From a virus (lineage: Duplodnaviria; Heunggongvirae; Uroviricota; Caudoviricetes), in IMG/VR virus record IMGVR_UViG_3300025649_000002, positions 1 to 64,000 of that record: a DNA stretch of 64,000 nt; one strand, 5' to 3'. The position numbers and the translations under genes are program-made. This document shows positions 38,271 to 48,302 of the stretch, piece after piece. The notes beneath the pieces are model-generated. The model had not been told where the DNA came from, did no database searches, and worked only from the letters and a program-made list of their open reading frames with translations. The stretch's first letter is position 1. Each line of letters opens with the position of its first letter.

Positions 38271-39776
38271 TTATTTAATTCGGATTATCCGACCAGACAC
38301 ATTTTTATACTTGCCATGATTATGATTTACAATATAGATACGAGGAATATCTAACGGCATCAACTTCTGGGTTTCCTCAATATCCGATTCCATATCTGTT
38401 ACTGCTATGAAACATGATATCATTGCATCCGGATCTGAACGTATGATTTCATTCACTCTCTCAAATACATCTTTATGAGAGGTACCACCGAATGTGCGTC
38501 TTGTCAATACTGCTTCCACATCAAGTTCATCAGAAGTGTATTTCTTTTCCCAACTGATAGAATAGTCATGTTTTATAACTATAATATCTTTAAAATGATC
38601 CTTCGAATCATTAACAATTGATGCTGCTTTTCTCACATCATCATCAGACATTGAACCTGATTCATCAACGGAGAAAATCACTGTTCCGTATCGTTCTTCC
38701 TCATCAATAGATGGGAGATATGGAAGTGAAGGATTTGCCATCCATGAGGTTCTAGGTTTGCCCCATGTTAAATCTGACGATTTTTCCATTGCTGTCAAAA
38801 TCGAATCTGCCAATATTTTACCCCAATCAATTTGAACTTTAAATAATCTTTGTAGGAAACTCTTCAATTCTGCAGAGCCAACACCTTTTCGTAATGAAGA
38901 TTCAAGGAGTTGTCGTGACATAGAGACTCGTTGTTGTCGTTTTTCGTCGGCCTCTTTTTTCACTGCTTCTGATTCATATTCAATATCTGGAAAATTTACA
39001 TCTGTGTGGTTGAATTTCTTTCCGCCACCCATATCCAATTCAACTTCAGTAATTTCTACTTGAGGTTCTTCTTCTCCATCACCACCTGTACCACCATCTT
39101 CATCAGGTTCTTCTTCACCTGGTTTTTCTTTACCACTCCCTTTACCACTCTTTTTACCATCTTTATCTGGTTTTCCTGTTCCACTACCTTCTCCATCTCC
39201 AGGTTGTGGATCACCTTCTCCATCGCCTTCGCCTTCCATTCCTTTCATGAATTCAGACAATGCAACAGAATACTTTTTCTTGGTAACCATTTTCTTTTTG
39301 AAAAGTTTGTCATAGACTTCCTCTTCAATCATATTCTCAAACTGTTCATCATACAAAAAGTCATTCTTATACCTTTTGTCTGTCACTATATTTTTGAGAA
39401 TACTATTTTCTCCTGCCTCAACTGCAAGACAAAAGACTAAAGCATTGATTACCAAATCGCCAGCAAAATTCCAAATGGTCTTATCACGATGACCTACTCT
39501 CGCAGTGTGTTTTAACAGGACATGCATGTCTTCATGAATCAACACGAATGCCATTATTTCATCAGGAGTAAATTGTGTGTACATTGGTGATGTTGGATTA
39601 ATGAAAATCTTTTCACCTTCTTCCCATATCGCTGCAGGATGCGGGAGAGATGTTGTGAATATAATATCATATGATAACAATTCAGGCATAAACGGTAAAA
39701 AGATATCCTCACGCAATAATTTTGAAATGACCATATCGACAGTCAGTTTCGTTTGTTCGATCAGAGATTCATCCAT
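38271..39776 (-). CDS. HExxH metallopeptidase-like N-domain plus VWA domain protein (DUF2201/CobT-like architecture)
   Basis: IHEDMHVLLKH (HExxH); acidic Gly/Glu/Asp linker; MIDAS DESGSM (DxSxS). Confidence 0.55.
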   Translation of the reverse strand: MDESLIEQTKLTVDMVISKLLREDIFLPFMPELLSYDIIFTTSLPHPAAIWEEGEKIFINPTSPMYTQFTPDEIMAFVLIHEDMHVLLKHTARVGHRDKTIWNFAGDLVINALVFCLAVEAGENSILKNIVTDKRYKNDFLYDEQFENMIEEEVYDKLFKKKMVTKKKYSVALSEFMKGMEGEGDGEGDPQPGDGEGSGTGKPDKDGKKSGKGSGKEKPGEEEPDEDGGTGGDGEEEPQVEITEVELDMGGGKKFNHTDVNFPDIEYESEAVKKEADEKRQQRVSMSRQLLESSLRKGVGSAELKSFLQRLFKVQIDWGKILADSILTAMEKSSDLTWGKPRTSWMANPSLPYLPSIDEEERYGTVIFSVDESGSMSDDDVRKAASIVNDSKDHFKDIIVIKHDYSISWEKKYTSDELDVEAVLTRRTFGGTSHKDVFERVNEIIRSDPDAMISCFIAVTDMESDIEETQKLMPLDIPRIYIVNHNHGKYKNVSGRIIRIK

Positions 39777-39910
39777 TATAAATTTTCGATTTCTGATTTT
39801 AATTGAGTTTTACATGACATAATTTCCTCCATAAAAAATAAAAATAAAAATGAAACGACACAGAGGGATGCATCGTTTCATTTTTACGATTAAGTGATCA
39901 CTTAAGTTTA

Positions 39911-40444
39911 CTAGTTGGTAGATTTTGAATGTTTAAACTTTGAATCTTTTTTCGCTCGAGTCATAGGTCCTCCCGAATTCTCCTTTGTCATTCCATACAT
40001 TGATCTATCAATTTCAACACCTATTATTTCACCAATTTCTCTTGCTTGATATTTCGAATTTGCACCTTTTCGATATGTCCTATTCAATTCACGAATATGA
40101 AGAACCAACATAATATGATTCTTTGTTGTACCGAATTTTTGCTTCAAAATAGTAGCATCTAAATTCATCAATTTCCACAATTCTTCATCCGGGATATCTT
40201 CACTAGAAGAACCACGAAGCATATGAATGAAGTATTTCAAATGGATTGGAGTACCCTGTTTATACAAAGGGTTTCTAATCGCTGCAGCAATTACCTCATA
40301 TGAGGCATCAACAATTTGGATTCCTGGTCCTCCAGTAATCTTATGAAATCCAAGATTACCTTTTGGTCCTGTTAAATTAATCATCATCATCGGAATCGCT
40401 TTTTGTAAAAATATATTACGACTTAAATCTTTCAACGCTTTCAT
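39911..40444 (-). CDS. hypothetical protein
   Basis: ORF track; hairpin terminator downstream on minus strand. Confidence 0.4.
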   Translation of the reverse strand: MKALKDLSRNIFLQKAIPMMMINLTGPKGNLGFHKITGGPGIQIVDASYEVIAAAIRNPLYKQGTPIHLKYFIHMLRGSSSEDIPDEELWKLMNLDATILKQKFGTTKNHIMLVLHIRELNRTYRKGANSKYQAREIGEIIGVEIDRSMYGMTKENSGGPMTRAKKDSKFKHSKSTN

Positions 40445-40667
40445 TTTTCCCCTTTACTTTAATGAAGCAATTAATATACACCAACCCTCTAATTTAGCGA
40501 TTTGGTAAGCCCCTCTTATCCCTTTCTATCAAATCTAAAAAATATTAATATAAATAAAACTTCACTATCAAAAATTAATATATATAATAGAACGGAACTA
40601 TAAATAATAAATTTCAGTTCGTTAATTTTTTTGAAGAGTTCTGGAACTGACTGTTTTTTCTGAAAAA

Positions 40668-40687
40668 TAAGAACAAATATATAAAGG
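40668..40687 (+). promoter_or_regulatory. TAAGAACAAATATATAAAGG promoter-like motif
   Basis: Conserved motif at head of structural block. Confidence 0.45.
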
Positions 40688-40695
40688 AATTAAAC

Positions 40696-40848
40696 ATGCA
40701 GAAGATATATCAAATTCTTTCTGGCATAGTAAAAAAGGAAAATTGTGCAGCGGGTATTGCTGCTTATGAATCACCCGCGCGAAGTACTCTTCAGAAACCA
40801 CAATATCTTAAACATATTGCTATTGATAAGAAGAAAAAGGAAAAATAA
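40696..40848 (+). CDS. small protein (50 aa), not in ORF track
   Basis: AAGGAA RBS 7 nt before ATG. Confidence 0.25.
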   Translation: MQKIYQILSGIVKKENCAAGIAAYESPARSTLQKPQYLKHIAIDKKKKEK

Positions 40849-40851
40849 TCT

Positions 40852-41721
40852 ATGATGTTCTGTCCTGAATTAAATTACTGGATTTACAAACTATCTTTAA
40901 AGACTCCTGTAAATGAAAAATTGTATCAGGTTCCTGTAAAGATAGATAGTAGATGGGAGTGCCGTGGTTCTGTATTAGATCTTTTATTTAATGATGGATT
41001 CAATGTGCCTACATATGATTTTCATTATAAGGCGGTACCTTTTTATGCACTAGATGATCCTATATTGAAAAGAAGATTATCAATGCATATGCCCGCCACT
41101 ATTGAAACATGGTTAGCAGATGATCCCAAATTCAATACTTATTTCGTAGATAAACCGGCGTCGTATAATTTATTTAATTTCACACCTGAAGAAGAAATTA
41201 TGTTGGATTTACTTCTTGAATATAGAACACAGGGCCAAACAGACTCAACTGCTGATTTGACCGCAGTTGTATATGAAAATTTAGATTCTTCATTATCAAA
41301 ATTAATATATTGTTATTTACAAATGGTTATAAATAATGTTCTTACGTATTTTAATTTTGATACAAATATAGCAGATCCTACAAGATTAATAGAATTGGTA
41401 TATGAAAAATATGTAATAGATTCATATTTTCAATATATGGAAAATAAATATCAAATAATCGATTCTACAACTCCAATGGAAATTGTTGTTACAAAATCAA
41501 TAAAAGAAGAATTTATAATATCCACTATTGTAAATAGAACAATTACAATGAGTCATTTACCACATGATGTGGATCGGATTAGAGTGTTAGTAGGCAATCG
41601 AATAAAAGTAATTGTTAAAGACTATACTGTTACAGATAAGGATATTAAATTACTTTTCAATCTTTCTTGTTTAGATCCTACGGATAAAATATATGTTGAT
41701 TATCCGCATTGTGAAGGATAA
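40852..41721 (+). CDS. hypothetical structural-module protein
   Basis: ORF track. Confidence 0.4.
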   Translation: MMFCPELNYWIYKLSLKTPVNEKLYQVPVKIDSRWECRGSVLDLLFNDGFNVPTYDFHYKAVPFYALDDPILKRRLSMHMPATIETWLADDPKFNTYFVDKPASYNLFNFTPEEEIMLDLLLEYRTQGQTDSTADLTAVVYENLDSSLSKLIYCYLQMVINNVLTYFNFDTNIADPTRLIELVYEKYVIDSYFQYMENKYQIIDSTTPMEIVVTKSIKEEFIISTIVNRTITMSHLPHDVDRIRVLVGNRIKVIVKDYTVTDKDIKLLFNLSCLDPTDKIYVDYPHCEG

Positions 41722-41726
41722 TATAA

Positions 41727-44171
41727 ATGTTTAAGACAGAAACATTTTACCAAATTATTAATTTTCTTCGTGATAATAGTGTAATCGGAGATCTGCCACC
41801 AGAATTAAGACAAACTGCCCTTAACGCACAAACAAGAACTGAACAATTATTTACAAGAGTAATTGATCAGATTCCTTTTAGTTCGCCTGATTACAATAGA
41901 CTTCGTGTATATTTCATTGATTGGTATTCATCTTTAAAAACATTACAGGAAGTTGCAAAAGAATCAACTGATGCATTCAGTTTATCAGATGATCTTCTTG
42001 CAAAAGCTCTAGAAGGTTTTGGATTTCCATATGGTACATACATTACAGGAAGATATGATAAAGTTTTATTTTTATATTCAATCTGTGAATTATATAAAAT
42101 AAAAGGTACTGCTAGTTCAATCAAAAAGGCCTTAGAATTTATGGGTCTATATGATTTAAGAATATTTGAATGGTGGTTGAAATATCATAAATATACTGAT
42201 AATATTTATTTGGAAAGTGCCATTGCAGATTCCGCCGATTCGGGTTATCCAATGGTTACATTTACAATTCCTATTCAAACAGTTAATTACAATACAAGTA
42301 TTTTTAATTCAGATCCACATTGGTTATATACAGAAGATCAGATTCGTGCATTACTTGCAACTAATAATATTACACTACCATCTATTACACCATATTTTAG
42401 TATTTCAGGATTTACTCTTCTCAGTAGTTTATGGCAAGTATATGTTGTTATCTCTAGAATTATTAGAGATCAATGGGAAAAATTTAATACTATAGGATTA
42501 CATGAAGTAGCATCAGAAGATTATGATGTAAAATTAGAATTATGGTATGAAAATTATGTAACTCTATTAGAAGTTGTTCTTTCAATTGCACATGTTTATC
42601 ATAGTTGGACAGGTAGAACTGCAACGTCAATACCTTCTTCGAGTTTTTTATGTTATGCAGATGATGTAAATCCTGGACCCACACAGATTATTGATGAATA
42701 TAATAATATTGTAAGACGACCTGTATCATATGATGAAAGAGAAGATTTGGTTCATCAGTTTTATGAAAAATTTACTGTAAATGAATCAACAAATTTTATT
42801 AATACAGTTGACGATGCAGGAGACCGCTTAGAATTGGTAAATCCCGATCTCAAGGCGTTTCTTGATGATATCCTTACACAAGGTGACGATGTTATATTTG
42901 ATTCACTGAAGAGTCTATTGCGGGAATTAGATGGTTATGCAAGACAGAAATTAAAGATTCAAGGTGTATCATTTGAAAATATTCTTTTAGGTTTTGATTA
43001 CGAAAAAGTTAGAGAAATGGTTGAATTTTTCAAACCTAAGAGGGCAAGAATCATAGGATTAAATGTTGCATATGTAGTATCAAATCCTCTTCTTGATACT
43101 CAGATAGAAAAAGATACAGTAGATTTATCAATACATCAATGGAATTATGAAGATGTTGATGTTGATGATGATTTGGAAAAAACTATTATTACACAATGGG
43201 AAGTGAATAATGATTATATAACATGTCCTCCTGGATGGTCTGGTAGTTATCAAGATCCTGGTTGGGTACCTCCTTCGAGCTGGATTGGTCCTGAACCATA
43301 TATTCCTATTGGTTGGGCATCAATGCCTCAATTAGTAAATGCACCATTACCGGGAACAAAAGTACTACCTCCTGGAACATTCATTCCTGAACATATTTTA
43401 GGAATGTATGACGTGGGGGATAACTATGATGTTGTTATCAATCCAACTGAGTCTTGGCCATTTAATTTTGATAATAATGCATTTTTTGATGCACCACCAA
43501 TGTATCTCACAGGAATACCTATATTTCCTCCTGGTCGAACATTTACATTTGATCCTAATACAGGTGGATATTTTGATCCTATATATGATCCGGGTGGATT
43601 ATATTTAATGTATCCTGTTGTTGATTTTACATTACCAGAATTTCGTTGTACATTGGCAGATCAATTAGAAATATTCTTCCCATCTCCAGATGAAATTTTT
43701 ATACATCCATTGTATTTCAGTGACAATTTAGATTATATAAATGTAAACAATATTTTTAAAGAAACTGCATATCTTAATGAAAAAACTGAATTATCTATAG
43801 AATTACCATCTATTGATAATCTGCCTGAATTAACAGATCAATTAGAAACATTCTTTCCATCTCCAGATGAAATTTTTATACATCCATTGTATTTCAGTGA
43901 CAAAATAGATTATGAAAAAATTACTCATTATACGGGTAATTATATGCCATTACATTTTGATATGGATGCTCAGTTTGATCTTATAAAAAGAGATCCTGGA
44001 GACATATTCAAAGTAGAAGATGAAAGTCTAACAAGTATAAATTTAATGTTTGGAAGACTTGGAAGAACAATGTATTTTGATATGGGATCCAATTTTGATA
44101 ATGAATATCGGGCGGCACCAGATATAGTACCGCTAGATGATGGTATTCAAATAATAATTAATGATATATAA
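41727..44171 (+). CDS. large virion protein (putative tail fiber/baseplate component) with Trp/Pro-rich segment and internal direct repeat
   Basis: 814 aa; PPGWSGSYQDPGWVPPSSWIGPEPYIPIGW; 78-bp near-identical direct repeats at 43659..43736 and 43836..43913. Confidence 0.45.
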   Translation: MFKTETFYQIINFLRDNSVIGDLPPELRQTALNAQTRTEQLFTRVIDQIPFSSPDYNRLRVYFIDWYSSLKTLQEVAKESTDAFSLSDDLLAKALEGFGFPYGTYITGRYDKVLFLYSICELYKIKGTASSIKKALEFMGLYDLRIFEWWLKYHKYTDNIYLESAIADSADSGYPMVTFTIPIQTVNYNTSIFNSDPHWLYTEDQIRALLATNNITLPSITPYFSISGFTLLSSLWQVYVVISRIIRDQWEKFNTIGLHEVASEDYDVKLELWYENYVTLLEVVLSIAHVYHSWTGRTATSIPSSSFLCYADDVNPGPTQIIDEYNNIVRRPVSYDEREDLVHQFYEKFTVNESTNFINTVDDAGDRLELVNPDLKAFLDDILTQGDDVIFDSLKSLLRELDGYARQKLKIQGVSFENILLGFDYEKVREMVEFFKPKRARIIGLNVAYVVSNPLLDTQIEKDTVDLSIHQWNYEDVDVDDDLEKTIITQWEVNNDYITCPPGWSGSYQDPGWVPPSSWIGPEPYIPIGWASMPQLVNAPLPGTKVLPPGTFIPEHILGMYDVGDNYDVVINPTESWPFNFDNNAFFDAPPMYLTGIPIFPPGRTFTFDPNTGGYFDPIYDPGGLYLMYPVVDFTLPEFRCTLADQLEIFFPSPDEIFIHPLYFSDNLDYINVNNIFKETAYLNEKTELSIELPSIDNLPELTDQLETFFPSPDEIFIHPLYFSDKIDYEKITHYTGNYMPLHFDMDAQFDLIKRDPGDIFKVEDESLTSINLMFGRLGRTMYFDMGSNFDNEYRAAPDIVPLDDGIQIIINDI

Positions 44172-44213
44172 TAAGAACAAATAATAAATAGAGTACAAAT
44201 TTGGAGGATAAAG

Positions 44214-44894
44214 ATGGACACTCAAAAAGTTCAAATTACGGACAATTATAAGAAAAACCAGAAGGATAGATTTTCTGCTGCTTCCAAAGGACCAAAAGGT
44301 TATGTTGAAATTTTTGAAAAAAAATCAGGCGGCCTAAATAAAATTGGTGAAGAAGATATTACATTTCCAATACATGAAGGTCCTAATCAGATAGTTTATC
44401 CAGGTCGAGTTTGGTTGATGCAACGTGCATTCAATCAAGAATTAACAGTAGCAGGAACAGAGGGTAGATATATTTCATGGTTTGGTTTAGGAACAGGCGG
44501 AGCAACTGCTGGAGATCCTTTGAATCCCATTTCTCCTCTTATAACAGATACAGAGTTGGATTCAGTTTCTATAATCAATTCAACAGATCTAGTTAATTGT
44601 GTTGATGGTGGTCGTTTACATAAATTTGATTCAATTGTTTATGAAATAGATACTGCAAATAATGACCAGTATTTAATTTCAAAAGTCACTACTACAGTTG
44701 GTCAAGAAGATGCAAATGGTGCGGCAGGTTCTACATATTATGATCTTAGTGAAGCAGGATTATATATATCAGATTCAAATGATACGGCAGAATTTAATTC
44801 AAGTTCTAAGATTTTATTTGCACGAGTTACGTTTAGTACCATCAGAAAACATAATTTACGAGAAATAGTGTTTATTTGGTCGATTTATTTTTAA
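44214..44894 (+). CDS. hypothetical structural protein
   Basis: Promoter motif at 44172; GGAGG RBS. Confidence 0.4.
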   Translation: MDTQKVQITDNYKKNQKDRFSAASKGPKGYVEIFEKKSGGLNKIGEEDITFPIHEGPNQIVYPGRVWLMQRAFNQELTVAGTEGRYISWFGLGTGGATAGDPLNPISPLITDTELDSVSIINSTDLVNCVDGGRLHKFDSIVYEIDTANNDQYLISKVTTTVGQEDANGAAGSTYYDLSEAGLYISDSNDTAEFNSSSKILFARVTFSTIRKHNLREIVFIWSIYF

Positions 44895-44961
44895 AAAAAT
44901 ATAGAACAAATATAAAAGAAAGACAAATTTAATTTTCTTAAATCTATAGGGAGGATATAAG

Positions 44962-46671
44962 ATGGCTATCCCAATTTCACCTGGTGTTTATACCAAAATT
45001 ATAGACCTAAGCGCTTATGTCCAAGCCGTACCCGGAACTATAGGATTATCAGTTATTCTATGTAAGCAGGGAAGAGATAATCAATTGGTCTTTGTATCAA
45101 GTGCAGAAGCATTTGTATCTGAATTTGGAAAACCGAATATTTTGGATTTTGGCAAGAATTATGGCCAAGGACCATATGTAGCAATGAATTTTTTAGGCGT
45201 AGCATCTTCATTGTTTGTATTGAGAGCGCTACCAGATGATGCAGCATATTCTAATATGTTTTTAATGGCAAATGATGCAACGAACGGTATTGATATTGTT
45301 TCTTTTCCGAGTCAGAACTCGGTACGAGAATTGGACACTACTGCCCAGATGACTTTTCCAGTATCTGGCGGAACACAAACACCTCTATGTTATTTCAGAG
45401 CGGTGGGACGTGGTGATTATTACGACAACCTTGGAATCAAAATTTCTGAGAATGTTAATCCAGAAGTAGAAGATATTTATGTAATTGATATCTATGAAAC
45501 TCAATCAGATGGCGACGATCAGATTGTAGAATCATTTGAAGTTTCTTTTTATGAAGATATGCTTGACCAATCTGGTGATTCAGTTTTCATTGAAGATGTT
45601 CTTAACCAATATTCAAAACGACTTCGTTGCAAAGTAAATGATGCGGGTGTTAAGGTTATTGATGATAATCTTATAGATCCAACAAATGTATTTTCAGGTG
45701 CTTCCGCAGAAATCGATCATTTAACAAATGGTTCTGAAGGTGGTCTCCTAGAAGTTAATCCAACAACAGGTAAAATACAGGCAAATCAAGCAATTGCAAC
45801 TCAAGTATTGACTCTTGCTTTTGGTGGTATGTTGACTAATCCTATTACAAGCGAAATAGAAGATAATATCTATGATTTAGATAATATATATTTTACACTT
45901 GTATGGGATGCTGGATATCCATCAGAAGTTAAACGTAAAATCTCTTCATTCGTTGCTGACGATCGTAGAGACTGTATAGCAGTTTTAGATAATGGTGATA
46001 ACCCGACTGCGAATTATGCAATTGATAGACGTGTTGGAACTGGAACTGTATCACCTGATGATTTCCATACATTCAATTCTATGTATCTTGCATTATACGA
46101 ACCATATACTAAAGTATATGATATGTACACTGGACGTGATATCTGGGTTTCTCCTGTATATCATATGGCAACAATGATTCCATTGAACGATCAACTTTAT
46201 GAAATATGGTATCCAAGTGCAGGTTTCAACAGAGGTACAATTGATAAGATTAAGGATATGAGATTCAATTGTAAATTGGGTGATAGAGATAGATTTTATC
46301 TGAATCAATTGAATCCTATTGTTAAGTTTAATGTTGGATATACAGTTTGGGGTCAGTTAACAACTCAGAAGAAACCGAGCAAATTGCAGGATCTTCATGC
46401 AATTCGGACAGTTCTTTATATCAAACGTGCTCTTGAACAATTCTGTAAATTCTTTATTTTCGAATTTAACGATGCTCAGACTTGGGGTCAAATTAGTTCT
46501 TCTATAGGACCATTTTTAGAATACATTAAAAGAGCAAGAGGTCTTAGTTCTTATAATATCGAAGTTGGTGCTACAGAGTATGAACTTAAAGCGAAAATCT
46601 GTCATGTGAATGTTATGTTGGAACCTACTCCAATTATTGAGAAAATTCAACTTAACCTTTTCATAAAATAA
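44962..46671 (+). CDS. putative contractile tail sheath protein
   Basis: N-terminus MAIPISPGVYTKIIDLS...FVSSAEAFVSEFGKPN fits the sheath N-terminal pattern; 569 aa; followed by tube-sized gene. Confidence 0.5.
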   Translation: MAIPISPGVYTKIIDLSAYVQAVPGTIGLSVILCKQGRDNQLVFVSSAEAFVSEFGKPNILDFGKNYGQGPYVAMNFLGVASSLFVLRALPDDAAYSNMFLMANDATNGIDIVSFPSQNSVRELDTTAQMTFPVSGGTQTPLCYFRAVGRGDYYDNLGIKISENVNPEVEDIYVIDIYETQSDGDDQIVESFEVSFYEDMLDQSGDSVFIEDVLNQYSKRLRCKVNDAGVKVIDDNLIDPTNVFSGASAEIDHLTNGSEGGLLEVNPTTGKIQANQAIATQVLTLAFGGMLTNPITSEIEDNIYDLDNIYFTLVWDAGYPSEVKRKISSFVADDRRDCIAVLDNGDNPTANYAIDRRVGTGTVSPDDFHTFNSMYLALYEPYTKVYDMYTGRDIWVSPVYHMATMIPLNDQLYEIWYPSAGFNRGTIDKIKDMRFNCKLGDRDRFYLNQLNPIVKFNVGYTVWGQLTTQKKPSKLQDLHAIRTVLYIKRALEQFCKFFIFEFNDAQTWGQISSSIGPFLEYIKRARGLSSYNIEVGATEYELKAKICHVNVMLEPTPIIEKIQLNLFIK

Positions 46672-46690
46672 AAGTAAGGAGGCAAAAATC

Positions 46691-47446
46691 ATGAATCCAA
46701 GTTTCAATGCCGTAACAGAAAATCCTTTTGATCGTAGATTCGGAGGAACAAGTTCCGGAGTGGCAGATCCATATATTTCTGGTTATCATTTCATTTATTT
46801 CAAAAAATTACCAGATCAACTGGTTAAGAATATCAGTTATGTCGATCAGGGAAACACTCCTAATACTCAGGCACAATTTAAAGATGCAGTTGATGTAAAA
46901 AATACATTATCAGCATCATGTCTTTCAGTAACTCCTCCTGGAGGAACTCTGAACAAGACAGAATTTACTGGTTTGGGCGGAACCAAATGGAGTGTACCAA
47001 CAAACTTCGATTATGGTAATACACTTACTGTGAAGTTTCTTGAGTTTTCTTCAACACCTATCATGAAAATTTTCCACGGATGGATTAAAATGATTCGTGA
47101 CTATAGAACAGGTGTTTCTAATTTGGTTGGTGCTGATTATACTAAGAGTCAGTATGCTGGTACGATGATGTACTGGACTACAAAACCAGATGGTGTGACT
47201 GTTGAATATGCTGCATGTTATACAGGTTGTTTCCCAACTAAGGATCCTCAGGATCTTTATTCTGGTGATATTGGTGCTTATGATAAAGTCGAAGTTGATA
47301 TGGAATTTAGTATTGACTGGGCATGGCACGAACATTGGGTAAAAGCAGAAGCACAGAAACTGTCACAAATTAATTATGATAAGGGTATTACAGCACATGG
47401 TATTGCAAATAAACCTAGTTCACAGGGCCCTGCTGAAATTCCTTAA
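46691..47446 (+). CDS. putative tail tube protein
   Basis: Position immediately after sheath-like gene; AAGGAGG RBS; strong terminator downstream. Confidence 0.4.
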   Translation: MNPSFNAVTENPFDRRFGGTSSGVADPYISGYHFIYFKKLPDQLVKNISYVDQGNTPNTQAQFKDAVDVKNTLSASCLSVTPPGGTLNKTEFTGLGGTKWSVPTNFDYGNTLTVKFLEFSSTPIMKIFHGWIKMIRDYRTGVSNLVGADYTKSQYAGTMMYWTTKPDGVTVEYAACYTGCFPTKDPQDLYSGDIGAYDKVEVDMEFSIDWAWHEHWVKAEAQKLSQINYDKGITAHGIANKPSSQGPAEIP

Positions 47447-47473
47447 AATTGAAGTTCGATTTTAAATTGTACA

Positions 47474-47508
47474 GGAGTGGGTATTAATTTTACCCACTCC
47501 TTTTTTTT
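47474..47508 (+). terminator. strong intrinsic terminator
   Basis: 10-bp stem GGAGTGGGTA/TACCCACTCC then TTTTTTTT. Confidence 0.7.
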
Positions 47509-47579
47509 AACATTAGGAATTTTTATAATTCTTATTGGTTATTCTTGTAGTTTTTATTTAAATATTCAAAGGAACTTTA

Positions 47580-48284
47580 ATGACCCCCGATAATATTTTC
47601 TATACTTATATATACTTAGATCCCAGAAAATTCGGTGTGTATGAATATGGTAATTATAAATTTGATGCGGAACCATTTTATGTAGGTAAAGGGAAAGATG
47701 ATAGATATTTGTTTTATATTCATGAAGCAAAGAGTCATTCTATAAAATATGTTGGAAATAAACATATATATTATAAAATAAAGAAAATTCTAAAAGTGGG
47801 TCTTGAACCTATTATTTTAAAAATTGAAGAGAATTTATTTGAACAATCCGCATTAGATTTAGAAATATGGACGATATGGGCGATTGGTCGTAGTGATTTA
47901 AAATTAGGACCATTGACAAATCTTACAGTTGGTGGAGATGGATTATCTGGACAAATTCTTTCAGATGAACATAAAAGAAAATTATCTGTTGCGCACAAAG
48001 GAAAAATTCTTTCAGATGAACATAAAAGAAAATTATCTGTTGCGCACAAAGGAAAAAATAATCCTTTTTTTGGTCATACCCACACAGCGGCTAGCATTGA
48101 AATAATATCTAAAAAATCATCAAAAACATACCAAGTTTCTTTTCCTGATGGTCATATTGAAGTGATTTCAAATTTGACAAAATTTTCTGCACGCAACGAA
48201 TTGAAATATTCAAGTTTTTTAAATGTTCTCAATAAAGATAAATTATATAAAGGTTATAGGGTAAAGAAGATCATTAATTATTAA
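47580..48284 (+). mobile_element. free-standing GIY-YIG homing endonuclease with tandem NUMOD3-like repeats
   Basis: IYLDP...YVGKGKDDRY GIY-YIG motif; ILSDEHKRKLSVAHKGK x2 encoded by perfect 51-bp tandem repeat 47955..48005 / 48006..48056. Confidence 0.7.
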
Positions 48285-48302
48285 TTTAGGAGGTCAAATG
48301 AA

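Noticed and set aside
39006-39440. 144-aa + strand ORF inside the VWA gene
   Set aside because: Antisense shadow of the acidic Gly/Glu-rich linker; Phe/Ser-rich junk translation.
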